Shown here piece after piece: positions 11,801 to 23,800 of a stretch of DNA of 64,000 nt; positions within the stretch are counted from its first letter, which is position 1; each line of letters starts with the position of its first letter. This stretch comes from Phallusia mammillata (Eukaryota). The notes under the pieces were generated by a model that had not been told where the DNA came from, did not search any database, and worked only from the letters and a program-made list of their open reading frames with translations. Both the position numbers and the translations under genes were made by a program. The stretch covers positions 2,356,001-2,420,000 of the forward strand of contig OZ281497.1 in the NCBI GenBank assembly GCA_965637545.1. Direction: 5' to 3'.

Positions 11801-14800
11801 CCAGACAACGCGCCTTAAGTTTTTAAGGAGCAAAGGTTAGGTAGCTATTATTGCCTTTAACTTGTAATTTGTGATACTTAAGGCGTTGATTTCATACAAT
11901 ACAAAATTTGTTCAGTATAATTTCTAAAAACCAAAACACTAAAACATCATGTTCGGGTTGTTAACAAGCCAATACTAATACAAGTAGAACATTTCCTAAC
12001 ACAGGACTATGATCAGAATTCAACACCATCATAAGGAGGTCATTAACCCTGTTTATGGCAAATATGCGATGGGCCTATTGACCCAGACGTCAAGCCAAAG
12101 ACTTCATCAAGTCGCCTCGATAATGTCGCACCCATAGCACAAGTTGAAGAACCAAAAAATCGTCGGAACCCATTAAAGCGGCTTCCTCAAGGTATCCTAG
12201 AAAGTCAATGGTCTTGTCCACACCGGCATTGTATCAATACACGAGCCTTGGAAGGCGTTGATTGAAATTCACTGAACAAACACCACCTTATGTAAGGATT
12301 CCACAGTGATGATGGAGGGATCGACGCTCGTTACAGGGAAAGGAATTTATGATATTGATTCGCCTAATAGGTTTGTGTATCTCCGCTTGTGTGTCTACTA
12401 AAGTGTGTGTGCGTTTTGTACGTGATTGTATGTATTCCGAGTGTCGCAAGTTGTGTTATTGTAGTTATAATATTGTAAAACTGTATGGTTTTATAAATTG
12501 GTTGTCTTATGTGTGTGTGTTTTGTGCGAGATTGTAAGTATTTCGTGTGTCGCAAATTGTGTTGTTGTAGTTGTATTGCCAAATTGTGTAGTTTTAATAA
12601 TGGCTTATCTTGTATTTGTGTGTGTTTTGTGTGCGATTGTCAGTTTTCTGTGTGATGCAAGTGGTGCTACTGTAGTCATGTTATATAAAACTGTGTGGTT
12701 TTATTAATTGCTTGCCTTAAGTGTGTGTGTGTGTGTGTTTTATGCGCGATTGTAAGTGTTCCGTTTGTCGCAAATTGTGTTATTGTAGTTATATAATTAA
12801 ACTGGGCATATCAACGGCTTACGTTGAATGTGTCTGTGTGCGTTATAAGTATTTGCGTGTGTCGCAAATTGTATTATTGTCGTTATATTGTTAAACTGTG
12901 TAGTATTAATAGTATACCTTTGTGTTTTTTTGTGTAATTCAATTGTTTGTGTAGTAAGTATCTGTTAATTACTCAATTTTAATGCGTAAAAATAATAAAG
13001 TACAGTTTGTGGCTACGGAAGTTTAGTTTACATCTCATAGCCAGTTTTAGTCAACCAACGCTAATACAGCACAACCAAACATAAACCAAAATCCCCATTA
13101 TAAATCAGCGTCGCTGAAAGTGATTGCAGGTTGTAAAGATCAGTTGTGGTTGAACATTACAAGTTTTATCACTCCGTTTCATGTGGTTCGCTTATCAAAT
13201 AAGTTACACGCTACCTGCTGTGGGAATAGATAGGCTTGTTTAACATTGCCACTTGATAACGAATCAATCCCTAATATAGGCCGCGTTACAAGTGTTAGAT
13301 CGCAAAGCTAAGGCGGTGCCGGCTTGTGTGAATAAAAACCATAGGATTAAGATATTGAATGTTAAGCACGATTTTGGGTCGGATTTTGGTGGGTTGTTAA
13401 TTGTGTTATGGCGGTTTCCATCCTTGAGGTAACAATATGTACGTTATATGGCTTGTTTGGCGTCAATGTCGCTATTGGTACCAGCCCGTATATCAGTGGG
13501 GTTTAAAATTTGTTAGACCCTTACCGCATTTACAAGGCTTTTTATAGCGGTACACGTTGTAGGCAAAAAACACGAAAAAGTGTTGTTTTATTGTACATTT
13601 GATGTAAAAAGTGAGACCAATATGGTAACAAATAGCATAAAGCACGAATTTCTTTTTTGTCTCAGCTTGTATCAAGGGCCTTATCTCTAGGGCTTTTTGG
13701 CGCCACCCCGCGACACGACACTGACTACAGCAAGTTACTTGAGTACAGGGTTAACAAGAAGAGCTTTTGTGTTTGTAGATAATATGCACATTGGTGCTAG
13801 GGCAAGATGTATACGATTTATGTTTGACCTTTTCCATAACACGTGTATTTCATCTATTTCGAGTCGGGCAAACAAGGTCCTGAACACAAACCAGATTGGC
13901 TTCTTGGAAAAACTGCACAGATTCCTATGTATAGAGATGTACCAATGGTTTGGTGCTGCGTGCAAAACTTGTTTGCTAATGATTCAAGGCAGTGCAACGT
14001 TGCATAAATGTCGTATTGACAAACCACTGGCTTTCAAAACCGCAGCACCCAACGCAGACCATAAGGGGAGTGTTAAAAATTATAAAAACCTGATTTTTTT
14101 TAAGTGTTTTATGAGTATATATTCAAGTGATATTTTCATATTGCTGTAGTTAAAACTATTACATTGTTTGTTTTGTTTGACATTGTGAAATAGTACTCAA
14201 AACGCAAGATATATAAACTTATCTACTTTCCAATTACCATTCAAATTAGCTGGTACAAACTACGTTACACAGAAAAATATTGGTCCTCGAAGCCGTTGTA
14301 ATTTGGACATCACAAGCTGTTTGCCAACCCTTACTCTATATTTTTTCCAATCCGCTTAAATCGAAGCCAAGCAAAGAAGCATATCATTAAACAGTCATGA
14401 AGCAGAGAACACAAGTATATTTACCGTGCATTTGTTTGGTCTCTCCCCTGAATGAACCCGCATATGTATAAGTAACTTGTATCTTGCGTTAAAAGGTTTG
14501 TAGTTTCTGGGACAGGACAACCAGTAACAGGTGAATTCCTCTCCCTTGCGCTGATCAATGTGACTTTTCTCGATGTGTTTCACCAAATCCTCCTGTTCCT
14601 GAAGTACAACATAGAAGAGCTTGGTATGTGGAAAATAATAGAATGAAGTCCAACCATTAATGCATAATTTGGTACAAATCTTATAGAGTTTGTTGGTGAA
14701 TACATTTTTACATATTGTAAGTGCAATGTCATAACAGACTACAGGAAAAAGTCTGTGCAACAGGGTGTAACCGATGGATCTGTCTTCACTTATCAAATAT

Positions 14801-17800
14801 AATTCGTACACATTCTATGCGTTTTAAAAATCGTATGTCACCACTAGTTCAAGGTCTCAGTTTTTATCACTCTGCTTTTTAAGTCCATGTCTGTAGTGTT
14901 CCTTTGTGACATAAAGAGTCCACAGATTAGTTGTGCTACTTAATACTCTAGAACGAATGCTATATTTAACCGTGGGACTATATAAAAACATACCGATAGC
15001 TGTTTTAAACCGGTGTCCTACATTCGTTTCCAATACACAAACCCACAATGATAGCAACTCTAACAAGTTATATTGAAGCGGCCTTGGAAATTGCCCACAG
15101 AGCAAACAGGGTCTTGCGAATTTACAAGCACCTTACCTGAAACATGTGGTTGCAGTCGACCCAGCGACACACCCACATACCGCCCTCTTTTGAGGTTGTT
15201 GACCCCTCCTGCCCGACCACGTGACCATGCGAGCCACCCGGTCCTCGGTGCGTCGGAAACTCGTTGTACGCGGGGTTACTGTGGGTCATATTGATCTGCG
15301 AAGTTGACACCGGGTAACCTTCGTGTTTGGGTTGCATGTGGCTAAATCCGTGATGATGATGTTGGTGTTCCAACGCGATGTTGTTTTCTTGTCGCGTCAC
15401 AATGAGCTGTGACGTAGTCTCCGGTTGGGGAAACTCCCCATGGGTGGCGGGTGAGGGGTAAGGCTCCATATGTTGGTACTCGCTCGTGGCCAGGTGGAGG
15501 TTATGTTGGTTTGACGGGTGACCCATCGATTCGTGGGTGAAGACGCTCGAGTAGGACCCACCCATGTACTCACCCCTACTTGAAACCGTGGGATGGTCGC
15601 CCATCATGCTACCGGGAGTTGCTACTAGCAACTGGCGCGAAAAAGCGCCTCCAGTGGGACTGTTTCTGGCGCCGAGGTGACCGTAAGTGCCCCCGCCGTC
15701 GAGGCCGATAGGGGGCAGCGGAGAAGTTCCAAACGAGGAGCGTCTTGAGGGGTTAAAGAGAAGTGAACTGGGGGATACACGAATAAGCGAGTTGATGTCA
15801 AAGTCCATAGATAGTGGTGACACGGAAAGGGTACGCTTCCTTGCAGCAGTACCCAGCCTGCTCCCCGATTTTGCCGAATGACGGGGGCTAACAAAGTTTG
15901 ACCCAGCCGGAGAAAGCCCCTGGAAAGGCGAGAGACCACTAAACCCACTGATGGTCGACATAGCGCTCGGGGGAGGGTGCAGCGCGTCGTCGGGGTTCAG
16001 ATGGTGAATTCCCGTTGGGGTAACAGGGGGAAGTACCTTGTAGGGGTTCAGTGAGCTCGGGGTGACCGGTTTAAGGAACTGTTGGTGTTGAGCCCCAGCT
16101 TGTGATTGCACGTTCAGGCTGGAAGTGTTGTGCTGAAACATGACCCCGTTTGACCTCTGTGATGTCAGGTCCCAATCACCATGGCCGTTGTAAGATTTCT
16201 GTTCAATTTTAGTGACGTCATGGGAGTTTTTTAAATCCGAGTCGACAGGGTTTTCTTGTTGTTGTTGTTGGAATCCGCCGGTGCTGTCTGCTGCTTCTAT
16301 CTTCACACAAACCCCGTTGTTCGCTAATGACGCGTTCGTGACGTCATAGTGATATGGCGTATCGTATGGGACGTCATCGCTGGTGTGACGTTGACCTGAA
16401 GTAATTTGATAAAGGTACAATTAGAAATCATATTTTCGATTTCATTAAAAAGGATCATATAAATAAATTAAATTGTTGACAAGAAAAAATTAACAAAACA
16501 CAGATGGGAGATTTTTCGAATAAAATTCTGAGGCAATGATTTTACGTCTGTAGCAAAAACGATTTTTATTGTTTATGCTTATTATGTAATTCTTTTCACA
16601 CAAAAAACGGCTCACAAATAGGAGAATTTGGCCCTTTAGAAATAAAATAAAATCCAATCCTGACTCATAAACTAATCGCAAAAAGTTCGAAAAAAAAATA
16701 ATAATCTGAAAAGCGAAGATTCGCAATAAAAGCGAAGATTCGCAATAAAAGTCTCTGAGCATAAGCGATTTTTAATGTTTACACTTTTCACATAAATCAG
16801 CCATAACTTTCTGTCTTAAAAAAGTTCTGACATGAAATGACTTCAAACGCAGACAAGGGAGAAAAAATAAATTGCCGTTTTGCATTAGGCCTGCGTTTGA
16901 CAGGTGAAAGGGCAACGAGTTATTCCACTAATCTACCACGTTCGGCGGATTTCAACGAACAACGCAATTCAGCGGAGAAAATGGTGTAGACACGACGCAA
17001 ACAAAATCTAAATGGGCAAGAATTTGGCGAACAAACACACAAGAAAAGCGAAATTCGATGTTATCGCCAGTTTGCATGAGATGAAAAGGACTCCACGGTA
17101 GCATAAGTTAATACAACCATTCGTGTGCAAATACTCCAAGATGACAGAAGCAGTGATGAATATGTTCGTGTTTGCAAGAGGTTTTTCATGTCACTGACAA
17201 TAGGAATTAAGTTTAAAAGTTTATTTTGTGCGGGCTTTGTACGTTTTTGAGTCCAATTTTGGCCTGATTACTTATGGTTTTATAAGTTTGTTCGGTAGAC
17301 TGAAAAATCAAACGAGGGCTTAGTGAAAGTTGCCCACGGTGCCATCTGTCAAATTGAGACTGTTCTTGCGAATAGTGAACAAACTGTCGAAACAATGCTT
17401 CTACTAAACATTGTATATTCTATTTTAGGGTTAAATCTTTTGTTACTGTGGGTAAATTACGTTGTGATGAGAAACTGTCTACAGATGGGGTCACCGACCT
17501 TTTTAAAACCTGAGGGCTACCTTAAAATTACCAAATGATGCAAGGGCTGCCAGTTCAAAACATACGTAGAAACATGTTGAAAATGCCAAAAAAACTGTAT
17601 TTAGAAAAAAACGTATTTAGTCTTATTTAAAACTGATAAATATAAAAGTCGCACAATGCTAAGTTAGATCTTTAGTGCTTATGGTTGGATAAATGTAAAA
17701 AAACATTACTTTCAACAGACAAAAAGGAGCCAACGAGGGACTGAGTGCCCGCGGACATAGGGTTGGCGACCCTTGGACTACAGACTACTGCACAAATAAA

Positions 17801-20800
17801 CCTAGATATGATACAGCCTATAATTACAAACACAACCGTTATTTATAAATGTCCTTTGAATAACTTGAGTCAAATTAAACGTATAAACCAATTTTTTAAA
17901 AAGCACTATAAACAACAACAAATTTTAAACGAAAAATTATAGATGTTTTGGTAATTCAATTTCTCAATTTGTTGTAACTCTCAATTTGTTCTCAATTAAT
18001 AGAAAACTATTGTAAATACTATCACATTTAGTGTCGTTTTAGTTGAAAAGGAGTTATAAGGAGAAAACAATTCACAGTTTGAATGGCAGACTACTAAAGG
18101 TGTAAATCAAAAGATTTAGGCTGAAATCTGTTAATATTTTACTTCTGAGTAAATGAAAGTTGTAAATGAGCGAAGAACAAATATTGGAGTGTCTTAATGT
18201 TGGGGGATTCTGGACTAATTTTGATTTTTCGGTATTGAATGTTTAAATTGCAAATTTTTTACAATTAATTGAAAATAGATCCGACAAACTGTTTACATTT
18301 AAAGAAACTACAAACTAATTAACATTCAAGATTTTAATGGAACAAAACTGACCAAATAATAGATAAATATAAAACAATCTGGACATGCAAAAGCAGTTTA
18401 AGACATATGAATATAGTTTGTTGTCCCTAGCCTAATCAGTGATTACAAGCGTGTATGACTGATAGAGCCTCATATCACTAATGGTGGCATGAGCTATTTT
18501 CCGCAAGGTGTGGATAATATAGCATGTCGCTTTTTATGTCTGTTTAGGCCGTTATGTTCGTCATTGATCGAATCGCTTACCGAAAAAAAAAATGTTAAAT
18601 AGGCATTTTAAAACGTTATTAAATATTCTAGACAAAATTGACAAGGAGAAAAACATATTTTGGTTTCCGATCTAGTTGGGAAGAAGAAAACTGAAATTCG
18701 CTTTGTCATTGTGTTGACTCGAATTTCAAAACATCTCCCTAAAGTCTGGGTGGAAAATCCCTCCGGTACTCGAGTACTCGGGAACTGGCTTAACTCGATA
18801 CGACAAGTACTCGATGTGATCAGCCAGATGAAAATGACAAGGCACGAGTAAAGTGGGTTGGGGAAAGACGGTTATTGCAGCTGACCACGAGATGAAACAT
18901 TATATATAGATTGTAAAGTAATCGCTGATGACGTGGCCTTGATATTTGTCACGTGGTTTTGTAGCTTGTCACGTGATACAGAGGCTCGCACGTGACTTGG
19001 ATGGTTGTGACGAAATTTTGCTGCATTTTTGTTGAAAAGTTATAAAACTTTTTCTTTGGATGAAAAAATGTAAATCTTTGAAGGGGTATGGTTTGCAAGA
19101 AGGGTTCAGAATTTTAGCTTTATGCAGTATATTGTAACACGTATGACATAAAACTAACTACAAACTTTCAAAACTACGGCATGAAACTAAATACAAATTT
19201 TAGAAAGCTTGACACAAAATACTACAACATAAACTAAACAAAAATTGTTTCCTCAAGGAGTGTAATTTTAATGCGCAATAAATCAATACAAATCTCTTAA
19301 AATCGCCAGGTATCAAAATTCGCAGGTGTTAAGAGTCAAGTAGAGCTACCCACACACACTTAAAAATCGACAAGTCATTTCGTCTACAACTTATATCGCA
19401 AAGTTTTTAATGCGGACAATAGAAGCCTAAACCTTAAACATTCACAACATTCCTACAAAAACTTCAAAATCCATTAGCAACATCCCATGCGCGGACGGAT
19501 TTACAACGCTAAATTCCGATAATCCGTACTTAAATCTACGACAATCCGAGCACGCCGAATAGACAATTGTCGGCCTCTTAAGCCTGCAGAGGGCCATTTT
19601 TGTGGGGAGGAGAGGGGGGGGGGGGGGAAACCTTATCCGAACATCGGCGCCCGCGTCGTTCCCGAGACGTTCCACAACTCGTTGCTATGGTAACTTTTAA
19701 AGCGTCGCCGGTGATGTAGTCGGTTTTGGTCGCTCGCACGCGATGGTACCTTTTACCTAAGTTTTATTGCCCTTGTACATGGGTTTGAATCTTTCACTGC
19801 CGACGACAAACCAGTTTTACAACTTGCACCGAATTTATTTTGCTTGATTGTTGTGGTACGTTGTTAAGAGCGATATTTTTTTTAATTACATTTTTTGCGA
19901 GTGCGTTCTAGTTGGTTCCCAAAAAATAGTTTTCGTTTTCGAAGGCTTTCAACAGGTCTTCGACAATTTTTTAACACCTAATCACGTTTATGAAACTAAA
20001 ATAGCTTAGAAGCCCGCTTTAAAATATAAGAACACGTATGCAAATAGATACACAAATTGCATTGACAAGTTTTTAGGAAATTTATACGTGATTTGTAAAA
20101 CACGAGAGCATGACGTCACAAGTAAGACGAGTTGCGGAGAAGCGTAGTCGGAAAGATTCAGTTTCGTTTTGACAAATTGACGTTCGGCTTGTCACAAGAC
20201 GCCTTATGACGTCATACGCACGTGTCCAGAGTGACGCCCTTGTCGAAAAAAATCCGGCGTCGCGAGTTTTTTTGAAGTGTTCTTGGCTCGAAACACTTCA
20301 ATCTTTTCGCTAGCGATAAGCGTTGCTTGGTAACGGCCACGTGTTTTAAGGGCGTTGTTTAAACTTCAAAAAACATTCGATGAATTTTTTTGTGCAAACC
20401 AAAGTGTTTTGCCCTTTATACGAACCTTCAAGAGAAACTTTAATGCAGGGGTCGGCAACCTTTTGGTTAGTCGATGCGTGCCAATTTACTTGTTATTTCC
20501 ATGTGTTAATGACCTCTTTTAAGACTTTTTTTACATGATAAAAAAAAAACTATAAATAAGCAGTGTAACAGGTTAAATTGTTACCTCAATATAAACCTTG
20601 GCACGCGTGCCAGGAGCTGCCGACCCCTGCCTTAATGCACGTAAGTTTTCAAATTTATGTATATTTTTTGGCAATCGTTTTGTTTAAAATATCCACCCAA
20701 TGACACACAATAGACAACGCCGTAAACAAAGCATTTCTAAACTTCTATATACATATTGTAGATGACAAACAGGAAATCAACACAAAATCCACCCCAGTTA

Positions 20801-23800
20801 CGTCACAATATACGATTTATGTCGCAACAATTGTAGACACGTTTTGAAACAAGCTAGTATCGTCATTTGATATTTCAAAATCCATTTACAGACAAGACAA
20901 GGTACATTATGCTTGGTAACACGATACCAGGGTACAGGATGGTTTAGAAACCTGACATCAAATACAGCAGCTAAATGTGTTTGTTGATTCCAGATATCTG
21001 CTTTATGACTCACTTGGTACCATTTAGTTCCGGTTCACACGCTACAAGCGTCTACACACGATTTCTATAAGTAGCTTCACGGGGGTGTTTACGTGCAATG
21101 CGATTTGGGTTCCTATTTTGCAGTGGTACATTCTTCTTTAGTTTTTTATAACTACTGTTGGTTATTTTTAAGGTCTGTAAACGTAAAAATAGTGTACAGA
21201 AAGCATACATATATTTTTTGTCGCAATTGGGCATAAAAAACACAATCATTTTAATCATACAATCGTTTTCTTTTAAAATCAGAACATGCTTGTAACTTGG
21301 AAAACATTACATTATACAGATTTCTGACGACCTCAATGACAGTTATGTTTTTGATAAAGTCACTTTTGAAGTTGGTGTCTACTGTTTCTATCAATTTACT
21401 TGAAAATTAATCGCAAAAACACTTCCAAAAGTATGTGCATCGTAATGTTTTCTGGCCGTTTTAACTCCAAAAATCAAATATAATCAGACACAATCCAGAA
21501 AACATAAGCGCAATAAATACATGGGAAAAACTGTTGTCATCAAATAGAGAATACATGTTCGGATTATACAAAAAAACTTTTTCAGTTAATTTTAAGCAAT
21601 GCTACGACGTACAAATTTACACCTTAAAGTTTTCACGCGCTCCAAACTTACAGGTGGGCGTGACGTCACGAGCCTATGACGTCATACACGCAGCATTGGC
21701 CACTCGAAAGCCACGGGAAAGTAGGAATCACGCTGTTATGGGGATTTGCACGGATTATAGTGGAGTTTAGGATTGTCTTTTTCGCTTCGTGTGCCGTTGT
21801 ACAGTTGTCAAGGAAACCTGCTGTCACGTGGGCGCAGTGAAAACGTCTCTTTCAGACTTTGCACTGTGTACTGTTGTTTGCGAGCTTGTTTACAACCTTA
21901 TCGATGCAAGTTCAATGTATTGGTGGTTTGGGAGTAAACAATACAAAGCTTTTAACATCGTAACAATTGTTTGTTACAACAATAATCCAGAAATAATTTA
22001 TATTCGATGGCGGTAAAAACTCGTTTTACGCGAATTCTACTCGTTATCCACTTTTTAGGGACAGATGCAAGAGTTGTAACTGGGTATTCCGTTTATGAAG
22101 ACAAATATTGCCCAACACAAGTTTAGGGGTCATAAATCAATAAGTATTTCAATTGATACGAACTGTTTAGGCGATTGATTATCACAGGTGCAGGTAACGA
22201 CTAGCATTATTTGCTTGGCTGGTTTACCATCGACGAATTCTCGTTTCGGCCTTCTTAACGATTCGTCACAAATGTCATTTGAATGACTCCATTTGTTGTT
22301 GTTTTTTCTGTACTTGAAAAGTCTTGTAGCCAAGGTACTCGTTTTGTAAAAGTTCTGATCACGGCACACTCATGTATAAATCATAACAGATCAGGCCAAT
22401 TGGAGGCATTATACCGAATCGAATCCGTCTTAAATCATTTCTTTATGCTAAAGATAGGCCCAAAAAATCTAGCCTGCGGTGGAATTCGAACCAAAGACAG
22501 GAGTCTTTTCGGATGGCTTTTAAGAGCGTTACGATAATTCGTACAGCAAGTGTTTCTGGCAGTTACGTTTAAAATATCGTTACACCTGACAAACTGGCCT
22601 TTGTCGCCGGTTACCAGCCTATTTTGTTGTTTGTAGCATTTAAACGAGTCAGGTTTCTTTACAAAGCGTCGGGGCGTTCGATAATCGTCGCTTCATTGTT
22701 TGTCATCAATAGGCGACACGCGACTGTACGTCACGTGACAAGAAAGCGGAGACGAGTTGGTAGTTAATCTTCTTGTCACCTTGCCAGCAGTTAAAGCGAG
22801 TCGGGAAAAATGGGGGTCAAATTATGCTTGGGAGGCTATACTCGTTAAAAGCGATAAAGACTTTAATAGTTGTCTTAAGGCGGTTTTAACCTTTCCAAGA
22901 CGTCAAACCTGTAGGTTAGTGTATGAACCGGAAGTTTGTAACTTCTTCACTCGTTTAACCTTTTTTCACTCGTTCAATCAGACAATTTCGAAGATAAAAC
23001 TTCTGAAATTCAATTGTTAACACATTATCTAAATCTTGGTTAATCCGGACCCGTTTCGACCAAAAATTGTCCGGATTAGGCGAAGATCCGGATTAACCGT
23101 TGTCGATTAGTTCAAGCCTTGCCACATTACAAATCATTTGTACCTCAAGTTTTGTCCAAATAGGCGAAGATCCAGATTAACCGAATCCGGTTTAACCAAC
23201 CATTACTGCAGATGAAACATACAGAAAAGCAACACACTGTATAACACATGTCAAAATCGACCAAAGGTTACTGAAACAGTCGATATTATAGGTTTAAACC
23301 TCAATGGAAAGTGTGATGTGAATTTTTTGCCGCATTTTAACTCCAACATCCCTAAGATCCTCAAACAAACTTAAAATTCAAACAATGTTTGATGATGGAT
23401 AAATAAAAAGTAAACCATTGCGCTATGATAAACTACACGTTTTTAATCAATTCATGTTTTTCTTAATATCTGACACACATTAAAAATACTAAAAATGAAG
23501 AATCTACAATTTGCAAAAGCTGAAAATTGTATTTACTTGGTCTAGTTCAATTTTGTTTTGAAACAAACTCGTGTATCTCAGAATATGTAGCATTATGGCG
23601 TGCGATAGGTTGACCGCGGTGAAAGGGTTAAACGCTTTGCCTCGCGACCAATATCCGAAAATTGTGAAGGAAGACATATCAAGTTGCAAAAAACATATTG
23701 TGACTGACGAGTGTCTGTAACTAGACGCTCCTTTGTCGAACTGAGTAAACCCCAACAAATACCAGTGATTTGCTACACGGAGATTGGGCATTGAAAACGT

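Noticed and set aside
11990-12345. LINE ORF2 3' remnant ahead of the TG-rich repeat
   Set aside because: It is more GC-rich and coding-like, but all three plus-strand frames I translated contain stops and I found no RT, endonuclease or zinc-knuckle motif.
13697-14149. 150-aa plus-strand ORF in a Glis intron
   Set aside because: No recognisable domain, non-canonical start and no paralog support. It is probably chance or a decayed TE.
15625-15948. Overlapping and antisense ORFs over Glis exons (15625-15948, 15687-15881, 15073-15294)
   Set aside because: These are shadows of a GC-rich coding exon with no independent support.
17541-17775. Intact hAT MITE
   Set aside because: The ends resemble hAT TIRs (CAAGGGCTGCCAG / TTGGCGACCCTTG) but the flanks show no TSD, so it is too decayed to call.
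22445-22540. tRNA gene on the minus strand
   Set aside because: A B-box-like GGTTCGAATTCC is followed by a T-run, but there is no acceptor-stem pairing or cloverleaf. At most it is a SINE-head remnant.
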